A DNA stretch of 59,947 nt, filler included, from Sphacelaria rigidula (GCA_964200075.2; 10 parts of 10 records of this genome joined end to end with filler, not necessarily neighbours in it), one strand, 5' to 3'; shown: positions 26,007-37,955, counted from the first letter of the whole stretch. The notes: a model not told the origin generated them from the letters alone. Made by a program: numbers and translations.

Positions 26007-26240
26007 TCATGCTACCGAAGCCAAATCTCGCGCAGGAGCAGTGACGCTCGTGCCAGTCCTCGACCTTCCCTTCGGCGACCTGGCGCCGCCGCCGGTACTT
26101 CTTGGTGGTCGAGTCGGAGAAGGGGCTGATATCCGCACAGGCGAAGCCCTCCACGGCTTGCTGTCTTTCCTCTTCAATTTGGAGGGGGAGTTGGTGGCGT
26201 CATCCTCAGGTCTCCCGGGGTAGAGAACAAAGAGTAAACA
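26007..26240 (-). CDS. SWEET: SWEET transporter last exon (end of TM7 + cytosolic tail)
   Basis: ctag|CLLFVLYPGRPEDDATNSPSKLKRKDSKPWRASPVR...DLASVA*; 234 nt, phase 0; continues AQ|CLLFVLYP as expected. Confidence 0.8.
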   Translation of the reverse strand, partial: CLLFVLYPGRPEDDATNSPSKLKRKDSKPWRASPVRISAPSPTRPPRSTGGGARSPKGRSRTGTSVTAPARDLASVA

Positions 26241-26581
26241 CTAGCAAGGCGATCGATCAAGGCGCAAGAGCCACAGGGGGGGCGAGCGGGGGGGAGGGTG
26301 CAGCCGCTGAAAAATCTGGGGAGACATCTCGATGCCTCAGAAACAGTAACTACATATGTGTGTGTTGCCATCCCGTCCATTCTGGACGCCAGTCCGATCC
26401 TTTCGGTATATGTGGGGACATCAGCCGGGGACACACAGGAGGGGGTCGACACACGGTATGCACAACATGAAACATATGCAAGGTCGTGTATGCGTACAAC
26501 AGGTGAATGGAGCGTGACATAGAGGAGGAAGAATGTTTGTTGATTTCACTCCATATGTGGCAAACAACACTACGCAGCCTG

Positions 26582-26946
26582 GTGTGTGTATGTTGTCGTC
26601 CCATTTTTTCTGGACGGCGGTCTACACCTTTCGGTATGTGTGGGCACATCAGCCGGGGTCACACAGGAGGAAGGCCAACACAGGAGTTTGTTATTTCTTG
26701 TTTGTTTTTAATTCTCCACCTTTTCCTGCTGCGATGTTGCCTTTATTTTTTTATCGCGAGAGGGGTTCAGCAGTCCCGTTCCCTCATCGACAATCAAGTC
26801 GAACTCTGTGTACCCACAACACCCTCGCTCTCCATTGTTGGGCACTGTTCTGAAACAAGAATTTCCAGATCGCTCTGAGATTCGAACCCACGACCCAACC
26901 GTCTGAGGGTTTCGGAGTTACCAGCTGAGCCAACGGGGCGACCGGC
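26582..26946 (-). mobile_element. Apparently full-length tRNA-derived SINE (family 1) with (CA)n tail in SWEET intron; extra 3' fragment 26356-26455
   Basis: On -: gccggtcgccccgttggctcagctggtaac...ggttcgaatctc (A/B boxes). The body is shared with 12680-12875 and 14274-14354/17303-17465, and it ends in acacac. Confidence 0.8.
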
Positions 26947-27859
26947 TCAGCAGTCACCCCCAGTGAGCAAGCACGGACTGGTGATAAACGTACCACCCGC
27001 AAACGGAAGCACTCCAAAGGATCATCCAAAAAAACGTAGGTGCTCCAGAGTACTCGAGGTGTCAAGGCCGGAAAAATACGGAGCCCTGCAGGGAATCTGA
27101 GATAGTGACTGCAGCACAACGAGGATTGCCGAGTTCCTGCGGTACTACCCCCAATATGGATAATAGTCTGTGATTGGTACGCTACGGTACAGTACATCGT
27201 ACCAAAGATACACGTGAAGATAATAAAGGAGATTGGTAACGCCCGCTGCAATATCTTACGACAGTCAAACTAAAACAGCTCAGAGAAGGGTGGGCCACGT
27301 CTACCAGTAGCAACATCCAGCTCTTGATAAAACTTTCAACACGTGATCGCACAGCAATAACATGCTTAGGTCGCGGGAGCATATTTCCGCGTGAGTTTCG
27401 TAAACTGCTGAGAAGCATTATACAGGGACTAGGGCCAGGGCAAGTCATTAGCTTCGCGCGCTGGCGATCGATGTCCACATCGAGGAGGCACCGCGATGCA
27501 CGGCACGGTGGACGCTGAGATTGTACTCCCCGAATATTTTCACGTGTGCTTCCGTTACTTGCTTCAGTTCCCGCCGGTCACACGGCGTCCGCCACAACAA
27601 CCCGTCACTCCAGATCCAGATACGTGCTGATCAAATACACCAGGATAGCCTAACAGATGGATTCTCATCTACCGAGCAGTGTCGGAGCATTTCCGGAATA
27701 CCGGCAGTATCGGGCACTCCAGCGTAACTCAGAGTACACGTCAAGTACCAGATCCTTCGAAGTACTGAGTACCCTCAGAGCACAAGGAATCCTCGATCGA
27801 TCGATCGATGGATTGATCAAATGATTCCTCAGGAATCCAGCCGTGGTCACAACATACTA

Positions 27860-28025
27860 CACCTTGGACAATACACGGCCAGTAAATGCAATAGACAAGA
27901 AATGTGCTGCGTACAGTATAGGCCTACTGCGACCTTTGTCGGCCGACAATCGTCGCAATAGGCCTATACTGTACGCAGTACATTTCTTGTCTATTGCAAC
28001 TATTGACCATATCTTGTTCAAGGTG
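27860..28025. repeat. Near-perfect ~166-bp palindrome with no spacer, intronic
   Basis: tgcaatagacaagaaatgtgctgcgtacagtataggcctactgcgac-ctttgtcggccgacaatc-gtcgcaataggcctatactgtacgcagtacatttcttgtctattgca; outer ends caccttg...caaggtg. Confidence 0.92.
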
Positions 28026-28313
28026 CGCAAGATATAGACGTCACGTCATGGGCGAATGAAGAAAAAAGCGCTCGCTAAATGGAGCTCGAGAAAGAGGCAA
28101 GACGAAAACAGAGAGAGCAAACAAAATCGAGGGGACTGAAAAACAAGGAACATATAATACACACAAAAAAAGAAGGAACGCTCAAAAAACGCCAAAATAC
28201 CCGTGCTCGGATTGCATCCCATCCTGAGCATCTCCGGAAAGGTTCGAGAGGATAAAACAAAACAAAAAACAAGAACAGAAAAGCGAAACAACGGTTCCCC
28301 GAACGTACTGCAC

Positions 28314-28466
28314 CTGGGCGAGAGCGGCTGCAACACCGAGAGTGTTGGGCACGTAGAGGAAGGGGTCGTGGGTCACGATCCCATACAAGAGCCACAACAT
28401 GCCGCACACCAAGGAAACCACTGCTAACCGCCCGGAGAGACCTTCCGTAGATCGCCGACGGACGAC
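28314..28466 (-). CDS. SWEET: SWEET transporter exon (TM6-TM7)
   Basis: cag|VVRRRSTEGLSGRLAVVSLVCGMLWLLYGIVTHDPFLYVPNTLGVAAALAQ|gt; 153 nt, phase 0; W..YG...D..+..PN..G....Q signature. Confidence 0.92.
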
Positions 28467-29166
28467 CTGTGAGCAACAGGGTTACGACTAGCGTTATTTA
28501 CACACACACATTTATATAAACTCACCGGGGATATGGCAGATTAGGGTCACGGCAAGGGCAAGGATTAGTGAAGCATGACCTAGTGTCTGCGAGTACTGTT
28601 CTCTTCATCGTAGATCATAGTTTTGAGTTACATCTTTCACTGGTTGCATCATGCACCCTTCCCCCCTTCCCCCCCCCCTCCCTGGTCCGGTGAAAACCCG
28701 GCGTGCTCCGTCCCGACTTTGTAGAGATACGAGGTCAATGGTCATGTAACTACGGCTTGCGAAGTCATGAGTACGCCCCCCCGCCCCCCGGTAAGGCCAG
28801 CCAGGGTAAAGCCCGGACGTGATAAAAACAACCGACGTCCTGGAAATATGGCTCGGTACAGGATAGTTTTTAGTTCAATCATCCACGGTATCCTTCCTCA
28901 TGTCCAACGGTACACTAACGAAGCAGAGCCTATGCTCTATAAATAGCGAATACGGCGATACTCTCCACCACGAAAAGGATCGCGTTGCATCATCCACTGT
29001 ATTGTTCAATCCCCCCCCCCCCCCCCCCCCCCCGCTTCTTCCCCCCTTCCCCCGAACAAACCCGACCAACCGTGAAAGATGAGCACAAATCGTAGATATC
29101 AAGACGTCATCCCAGAAAACAACACAATTGCTATTCCGTCAAACCCCGCCACGCGACACGGCGCAC

Positions 29167-29332
29167 CTTGACGAGAGCTGTCAAGGGAGAAGCATACTGT
29201 ATCACCGTAGAACTCGCGGCAACGAGCCCCATCCACTTCTGTACTTGGTCATCCACCACCCCTCCCTTCCCGTCTTCCAGGCCCGACACCAAGTTGGTTA
29301 TTGTTCCGCCAAAGCACATCATGCAAAGCGTG
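29167..29332 (-). CDS. SWEET: SWEET (MtN3/saliva) sugar transporter, internal exon (TM4-TM5); 5' exons outside contig
   Basis: tag|C-TLCMMCFGGTITNLVSG...WMGLVAASSTVIQYASPLTALVK|gt; carries the YASPL motif. Confidence 0.85.
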
Positions 29333-30219
29333 CTATAGCGATGAAAAGCGAAACAACAGAGAAAAAACAAAAATATATGTAAGTGTATGTCATGGGAGAA
29401 AAATAGGAGCAAGGAGGAGAAAAAAGCGTTATGAAAGGCAGACGCGCCAAACATACGCCATACCCACGGGGAACGAGACAGTAGACTTCGCACGATCTTA
29501 CCGACAAGGAAAACACGATGCGGTTTTGTATGTTCGGGCGAACGGTCGGAAGGTTCTACATCGACATCGACATGATTGATTACACGATTATATTCAAAAA
29601 CGCGACAGAAATTTGGGGAGCAATCCGAGTATGGTATTGTAGTCAGGATCAGAAGTTTTCAGGATTCATAGTTTTCCTTTTTTCTGAGTTTTTCTGGAGT
29701 ACCGGTCTTCACTACTACTTGAAAGTGCTAGCGCCGGTGGATTTAAGGAGAAAGCGTAGGCCGCGCTCAAATTGCAGTGCTCCCGTTGGTGCCTTTGGGG
29801 CGATACGGACTTGATACCCCGTTTATCAGGAGGGTGCTATTGACCGTTTTTGGTCCAATATAAGCAGTTTTCCCGCTTTTCAGCGACGAAACGGAACATA
29901 CTCAGATAAATGATTACGTATAAAANNNNNNNNNNNNNNNNNNNNNNNNNNNNNNNNNNNNNNNNNNNNTTAATTAATTAANNNNNNNNNNNNNNNNNNN
30001 NNNNNNNNNNNNNNNNNNNNNNNNNCAATCCCGGGGAGCGGTTGATTCTCATTTCAAAATACGTTCTCATTTTTCTGGCAACCCTGTTAAATGGGGCATC
30101 GAGCACGTGGGGACGGGTACATATCCACAAGGTACATTAAGTTGTACTTTGCTTTGAAGATTTTCGGCGTGGCAGGGAAAAGGGGACACATGGCACTAGA
30201 TATGGCTGGATATGATATA

Positions 30220-30870
30220 TATTGTTTTTGCGATTTTGGGAACAGAGGCACACGGCAGGTGCATGCGGGATAGACACCCCCGACAACTCAAATCGTTGTT
30301 TCTTTCGGCATCATACGGCGATATAACAATGGGGCACATGGCTTATACACGCGGCGAGGATACAGACATACGGTGGTTGTATAGCGAACGGGGCAGACGG
30401 CACATATACGCGGGATAGACATCCCCAAGGTACATACATATGCATACCTCGACTCATTACGGCATATTTCACGGCAAATGGGACACTCGGCACATTTAAG
30501 CGGGATATACAGTTTGCTGTGACTTGTTCCGCGAAGAAAGGCAAACGGAGTACACGGCATTTCATACTGGGGGTTAGCATATTAATCGCGATTTCTGGCA
30601 ATTGTGGCACACGGCATGGCAGGCGGGATAGACATCTCCGACGCCTTGATTTTGCTTTTTTCGGCTACATACGGCGGCTATGACAGATGGGGCACACGGC
30701 ACATACACACGCCGAGCATACATACGTTGATTGTATGGCAAACGGGATACACGGCATATGTACGCGGGATAGGCAGCCCCAACGAACACATAGTTGCATA
30801 GTTGGGTTAATCACGGCGTAATTCACGGTAAATAAGGCATACGGCATTTGTCAGCAGGATACGCAGATAC
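30220..30870. repeat. Diverged tandem repeat (~360-bp unit x2) built of GGCACACGGCA / GCGGGATAGACA submotifs
   Basis: ggcacacggca...gcgggatagaca..ccga at ~30248 and ~30606, with colinear downstream similarity. Confidence 0.75.
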
Positions 30871-31019
30871 AGAAAGCTGCGTTGATTGGAGTTTGGCTTA
30901 CATGGTGTATTTTATCTGGGCTCATATAGCATACACAGCACGACCGTAACGGCCTTTCTCCTTTACAATATGAAGGTCAGAAACGGCGATTAGGCATACA
31001 TTAATGAGATGGTACTAAT

Positions 31020-31493
31020 AACACTATATTCGGGAGATTCAGAGTGTAGTTTCAGATTCAGAGTCAGGATTTCAAACGGAAGAACTGTTTTCTTCGAGGT
31101 CGATTCTTATGCATGCGAAACAGTTTGCGTCACTAATCCGCCAACATTGGAGGCTGTGAAAACAAGCACGTTCATTACTCGGATTGGTTGATCAGTGACG
31201 CGAACTGTTTTGCATAAGAATCGACCACGAAGAAAACAGTTCTTCCGTTTGAAATCCAAACGTTCCAAACGGAAGAACTGTTTTCTTCGTGGTCGATTCT
31301 TATGCAAAACAGTACGCGTCACTAATCAACCACCCCGAGTAATGAACGTGTGTGTTTTCACAGCCTCCAATGTTGGCGGATTAATGACGCGAACTGTTTC
31401 GCATAAGAATCGACCACGAAGAAAACAGATCTTCCGTTTGAAATCTTGACTCGGGATCTGAAACTACACTCTGAATCTCACGAATACAGTGTT
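31020..31493. mobile_element. Nested palindromic (foldback) element T-A-B-A'-A-B'-A'-T'
   Basis: Termini aacactatattcgggagattcagagtgtagtttcagat / atctgaaactacactctgaatctcacgaatacagtgtt. A ~60-bp arm (caaacggaagaactgttttcttcg.ggtcgattcttatgc...gcgtcactaatc) is present 4 times in alternating orientation. Confidence 0.92.
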
Positions 31494-32479
31494 TTAATGC
31501 AATCTTCGACGAGCGCGCAGATATATATTTGTTGTAGGCGACAACTCAGCGGCAGGGGGCACACCCGCAAATATACCGGGCGGCTTCTGTAAGCAGCAAT
31601 ATAAGGCAAACGTAGCACGATAGTAACACCACATAAATATTTTAATACGTTGTCGAGCACAGGTATAGGCATAGTCGCAACAATAATTGGCTTAGACAAT
31701 ACGCAGAGACAGTCTTCGATTCCAGCGCGCAGTAGCAGATGCACGGCGCAATTTATTTTTTCCTTTTTTTACGGAGAACATGAATTTCAGCAGACGCCAC
31801 AAGCATTAAGTATTGACCGTATATATTTTTCACATTCAGAGGTAGTAACAGATAATTCCCGCGGGCGGTTGGTTAAACATACAGTGATTACAATCATGTA
31901 TTTTAGCGGACGCCACAAGTGTTGAGTGAACAAAAGCGTAGCTTCTACGTAGAAGACAGCGATAGTAGCCCACGAGGCGGTTGATTCATGAGGAAGTGTG
32001 CGATTTGAACGGATTTTAACAATAAGCGTAAGCAGCTATACATAAAGTTAATATTTGCAAAGTACGATTGGATCAGTAGTACTCAGGTAACATGCATGAG
32101 TACTTTACTCCTGGTAAACAACTGCGCCATCTAACCGTCTGGTACGACAGGTAATGCATACCGGGAGTCCACGGACAATGAGGCACATATACAAAGCCGT
32201 AGGATACACGCTTTCGAGAGGATACCACAAGCAGGAAACTTCGGTCACGTGGCACATCAGAGATCGAGTCCATTACGACACGATGTGAGCGTGCAACATC
32301 ACTGGCGTCACCTATTTTGGCAAATGCAAGATCCAAGGTCATCACAATCTGTGAAGTCGCGTGACTCATTAATCCACGAATTTGCGAACGTGTCGTCAAC
32401 ACTCATCAGTAGATTCCAGGGCAGAGCAGGGGAGGTAGCGCGGTCATTGCAAGGTCAATTTTTGGCTCCACACATGAAT

Positions 32480-33036
32480 AGACGGTACATTGAAAGTCAC
32501 TTCGGAAATAAGGGTTTTCCGCAAATGCAAGCTTTACTTCAAGTTGTTGACAGTGGGGTCCCTGTGGACATATTAGACACCGGTAATTTAGATGAAGCTC
32601 TAAGATATGGCAACCACGCGAGCGCCGTAGGACACGACGCAGAGGTATCCCAGTTGATTTTCGAGGAAATTAGGCTTGGCAGGATTTTAGTCGTACCCAG
32701 GGTAATGGCACACAGGATTCACAAATTGCGAATATCTCAACTGGCTTACATTACGAATGCATCCAAATCTCGATTGATATTAGATTTATCGTTCGGAGAG
32801 GGTAGAAGCAGAGAAGACCCACCTGGGGTGAATGGACACACTAACTTCGCGGCGGCTCCTGGTGTCCAACTAGGCGAGATTCTACCACGCATGCTAGAAC
32901 GAATTTGCGGATTACGGCAGAAACTCGGACCACACTCTTCGATCCTAATTGCCAAATGGACGTGAAGGCAGCACATAGACAACTGCAAGTGGACTCAGAC
33001 AAGGCAGCGGTGTTATCATACGTTTTCAGAGACGTA
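32480..33036 (+). pseudogene. DIRS/Ngaro-type (tyrosine-recombinase retrotransposon) reverse transcriptase N-terminal remnant
   Basis: GVPV...RYGNHASA...EEIRLGRILV...LRISQL....KSRLILDLSF...GVNGHT...ILIAK, then a 1-nt frameshift to MDVKAAHRQLQV (RT motif A). Truncated before YxDD. Confidence 0.8.
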
Positions 33037-34710
33037 CGTCGATCACCTTGCCTACCAAAAACGGGGCTTCGTCGGCGAGGAAGAAAACGAAGCCTCCCTT
33101 CACGAATGAAGGAATGTCGGGTTGCTCACCAGGGACGGCGCCGCTGTTGGTGCCTGCCCAACTCTGCCCACACACCCCGGAGTGCTGAACGACACCCCCC
33201 GACGTGTCATGAACAGAAGTGTCCAGCTCCCTACCCGACCCATCGCCGGGACTATATTCATCTGTCCCCGTGTCCTCTTTCGCCGCCCCTTCGGCTGGCT
33301 GCACGTCGTTGCGCCGCAGCCAGTGGCAAGGTAGATTCCAAGGCACGGAGCCCTTTGCGCCGAGTAGTGTGAGCGAGGTAGCTATTTCGTTTTGATTGTC
33401 TCCTGCCTCCCCAAATCTGCAAGCACGCGTCAGCCAAAATGGAATCAGGGGCGGCCCGTGTGCGACATCCTCGTGGTTTAGATTCGGCAAGATGATTGAT
33501 TAATTAATCGCCGCGTAGCAAATGATCCCCCAGCAATCGAGCCATGGTAACATTATCGACAACCGGAACGGGGGCACTCGTTGGAGGAAAGTGAAGGACA
33601 ATCATATACAAATCGTTGAAAAAAGGTTTGGTGACAAATTCAGAACTACATCAAGCAGGAAGAAATATACATACTCAACCCGGAATAGAGGTTGCTGGCT
33701 TTTGCGGCCTGCCTCTTCCGTAACACGATGCGCGCAGAAGTACACACTCGTACGTAGTCGACGAAAACAAAACAAAAGTGTGCGAACAGAGGACGGCAGG
33801 TCTACCCCGACCGCCCTATCCGCAAATGAAACTGTCAGTACTGAACCCTCCGCAAATAGGCCCTCAACTGCAACTTGAGTACCCCGGGGTAACGCAGAGA
33901 CGCCATTTCGAGTCAAGACAAAGCCCACTTTCCCTATTCCTGCATTGTACTCTTGGGTACTTTGGTTGCCCTAAGCCTCGCTGTCTACCTTGCGTTGGGG
34001 GTGTCTTCCATCTCTAAGCGCCATTTTGTTCACGAAAACAATTAACATGTGCTGAGAGAGTAGAGGATGACGAGCTTTTGAAATATTACACCCTTTTGAC
34101 ATACTGCCGTACAGCGGGTACAGACTTGGGGTTCGAGCACATCGTGAGACCACCGACCAAGGACTACATCAACACCGGTTACTAAAGTCGGGGTTGCGTC
34201 AAGCGGAACAATTATAACAACAAGGTGGAGCACGACAGCAAAAACCGTGCACGCGCGATCACACGAGGATAGTTTGTGCGGCACAATATAAAGACGGGAA
34301 ATCTCCGGTGTACGCGCACCTAGGGGGTAGAGGGACGCCAGGCGACAGTGCACGGCATTGTAGCGAGCCAGAACGCATGCCCGCGCGACTGCATCGACGA
34401 CCTTCAGATTGAAGGGAGGTGCTAACTCCATATCTGGGACACCCGCTCGGAAAGGTAAGTGTGGGGGGCCTTCGAAGACACGGGGAGCCGTCATCCCGGT
34501 GAAGTCAGGCTTGTGCATGTTCTGTTTCATACCAACGCTGACCTGGGCTGGCCCCGCAGGCCGGATCTCGAACGACCGCGGCGACGTTATGCCAACGATG
34601 GGAAACACGCGACCGCCGTCTGTCAGGGCCCCTTTGAAGTTGCCCGAGGAGCGGAGAGTGGTGGTGTAGACGGGCAGGCTCGTGTACGCAGCACTGAAGA
34701 CCTCTGCCTG
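33036..34710 (-). pseudogene. Possible C-terminal exons of a Sola-like/DUF7869-type transposase (exons from 34710 and 33352)
   Basis: Candidate acceptors precede QAEVFSAAY...NFKGAL...IVGITSPRSFEI...VSVGMKQNM and GSVPWNLPCHW...FVKGGFVFFLADEAPFLVGKVIDV. Family assignment is by recalled resemblance only. Confidence 0.45.
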
Positions 34711-35789
34711 CTGTTGTCTTGTGAACAGGCAAGAGCTCTTGCAGTATACGGCAATCCTGTTAAACAATCGTAATTAAATACCAAAGTGGTCATCAATGAC
34801 ATACTTCCACCTGGACACTGGCCCTTCAATGTCCAAAATAACTCGTGACATCGAGATATGTGTGGACGCTCATGTACTGTGCAACCATATCTTTTTACCC
34901 CTGCGAGAGTCGTACTGATACCGCACATAATTTGACATCGGAAAAGACCACCCGCGTAACGGCATTATTTGCAGGATGTGCTCCGGGCTTTTATTTCGTA
35001 TTTTTTAATTGGTTGGAATTTCGTCCATATATTCTGTGACTCGATGCCTTAGACTTCGTTTAAAATAGGAAGAGTGAGGTTTTGCGAATACGAACCTAAC
35101 CCCGGTCTCGGTCCTGAATATTTCTACCTAGGTTGGAAGTTACAGCCGATTCCCAGCCCAAGTGCCAAGATACATCAGCGCGGTAAATTACAAAGGTTTA
35201 CTGAGTAATCCCACGGCAGGGGTGAATTTGTAGGAGCCCTCCATCTCATTGGGGTTAGGGTTACGGTTAGGGTCGGGGCCTAACCGTGGGATGAGCGAGG
35301 CCATACATCACAGCCGGATAATCGAGTCGCATTCTTTATTTTACAGCATGCGTTGCTGTCGGAGGTCCCCCACGTTCACCAATTACACAGTCTAGCCACA
35401 GTTGATACGGTGAAAAACATATACGATATGGATTGCACGCGTTCTCGGTGCTTTGTCGCAAGAACTCATCCCTACGTATGCCATACGCGCGCACTGTCTG
35501 CGTTGGTGCCAAACACATCGCAGGGATTTGGGTCTCTCGTCCAATTGGCAACTCCGTAAGACCTCTCCGGGCAAAGGCCTCGTGTAAACCTTTACTCTGT
35601 GTCCAGACACAAACTGGTCCGCCGCGAGGTGTTGTGTTGTGTGTGGTGTGCGGTTGTGCGGTGTTGCTCCCCGGTTGTGGGATTATTAGAAGTAGTGGTG
35701 AATAAGTGCAGCCGTAGAAATTACGGGGATTTTGAGTAGCCGGCATCACCATTCCATACCTTTTGTTCATAATGACGCGAAATATGTAA

Positions 35790-35839
<50 letters not shown>

Positions 35840-35930
35840 CGCCATTGTTATTATTATTATTATTATTATTATCATTATTATTATTATCGTTATTATTATT
35901 ATCGTTATTATTATTATCGTCATTATTATC
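35790..35930. repeat. (TAT)n microsatellite to contig end
   Basis: Direct reading. Confidence 0.97.
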
Positions 35931-37647
35931 NNNNNNNNNNNNNNNNNNNNNNNNNNNNNNNNNNNNNNNNNNNNTTAATTAATTAANNNNNNNNNNNNNN
36001 NNNNNNNNNNNNNNNNNNNNNNNNNNNNNNCGCAAGTTGGGTTGCCCACTTGAGCCTCAATTCAGAGTTAAACCTCAATTCTCACAATTTGCTGTTAAAC
36101 GATTGCATACCACCTTCGTTCACGTCCCGGATTTCCCCCTCTAGCACGTCCCGTGCCCTCCCGTTCGGGTAGGGGCGGGAGGGGCTCATAGGTTTGCGGG
36201 TTTTGGTTTCCTCGTGCACCCCCGACATCCCTTCACATCGTGAGACAGTCGAGAACATATCAGGACGCAAACGGCGGTAAAAGGCGAGGGAAGAGAGGAC
36301 TACGGGGTCACAGTGTCTTTATCGCCCCCCATGCTGCGCTGTTCTTACCTACAGCTTGCAGCCGAAAGTGTGCGAAGCACCCGCCATGATCTTTTCGGTC
36401 GTGTCCCTTGGACCCCGAACTAGCAGTCCTCCCGGCGTAGTATCCGTGGGCAGCGCGGATGGGAGTAGTGTCGGCCCCACGTACACCTCGCCGCTGATAT
36501 CATACTGCCGGCAAAGGTGACACATGTGCACACGCGAGGTCGGGGTCATTGGTGTAAGCTACACCTGGCACATCAGATATAAGTCGCGAGTGATCATATC
36601 CGATCCAGTACCTGCACGTCGGCCAGAGACCCGGGCTAAGGACCGCGACACCTCGAGCAAGTATTCGGTTTTTCGGGGGCTCACCTTTGACATTCCCGGT
36701 ACAAGAGCCTATTGGAAGGTCCTCTCGATACGACCCTCAACCTCGGTCGCGAGACCGCGGTTGTGGAGGAAGAGCTTCGTGGGACGATCAAGCTCGAGAG
36801 CAACCTCCAGTAGGTGCGTGCTCTCCACCCCGATCCCCATCACGACATCTCCCGCCAGGGGGAACCTGTCCGACGACAGTACGATGATCCCAACGCCATG
36901 ACAGATTCACCACAATCGATCACTGTGAGGAGCACTCTGAGTTCGATGATTCCCGCTGGAAGCCTGGCTGAGACTTGTCCCAACATGTATTACCACGCAA
37001 GGCACGTGCAGGGGGGAGGGAGGGGGGGGCTCTCACAGACAGATAGATGCTGTATGTACGTTACAGGGTTGACAGCACTTCATTACTTCGTTGTGTCCTC
37101 AAATCTTGAAATAATGTTCAGTCGTGGCGAGAAAGCGAGGAACCGTGTAGTCATTTCCCTTGCCAAAAAAGTGCCGTCAAAAAAGGGCGCACGGATTGCC
37201 TGCAAACACCTTTTTTTCTCACTCCGCGGTGGTGGTCATCTCCAAAGCTTATCATCGAACCCCCGGACACTTACGTGCGAATCGAAACGTTGGGAAGACC
37301 CATCCTGCCGGGGTGATGCCGAGTGCCACCGAGGTGTGGTGGCGACATAAACTTCTTCGCGAGCCACGACCGTGTGGAAGTCGTCAGAGTGGTAGAAACT
37401 AGCTCTAAAAAGTGTTGGCGACAGCAACTGCCCCGAGGCCGCTTACATGTGGATACAAACACATACGCACGCATACACATACCCGACCCCTGGCAACAAT
37501 TGAAGTGATGACCGAAAGAGCAGGGGTATGGTCTCCTCCTGCAGCCGCCTGCCGCTTCGGACCGTAATGTAGTGTGTAGCATCATGGTCTGTGTCATACA
37601 GCGCACGTCACACTTTAGCGCAGTCAGCAATGCGGTACAAGGTGGGT

Positions 37648-37955
37648 CAGCCTAGAGGCGGATTTGAAGTTCGCAGGCCCATGCTCCCGCCAATACTTAG
37701 AGTCGGACCCTGAAATTTGGTATGGACAATGAATAGGGCGTGAAACAAAGTATTACATCGGCACCAAAAGGTTCTTTTATTTGTTCTCATGAGTTAAGGG
37801 CATTTTACTGATACCTGGAAACTGATTATTGCCCTAAGCTCATGAAATAAAGAATAAAAATTGGTGACGATGTATTTTTTCCCATGCTTTATGCATTGTC
37901 CATACCAAATTTGAAGGTCCAACCTTACATATATTGGCGGGAGCATGGGCCTTTC
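37648..37955. mobile_element. Palindromic subterminal module of a non-autonomous DNA transposon; further copies 38626-38812 and ~42160-42265
   Basis: cagcctagaggcggatttgaagtt.gcaggcccatgc.cccgccaata ... atattggcgggagcatgggcctt. Copies are colinear for several hundred bp. Confidence 0.75.

Noticed and set aside
35336..35986. Poly-Ile / poly-Tyr ORFs
   Set aside because: Translations of the (TAT)n microsatellite.
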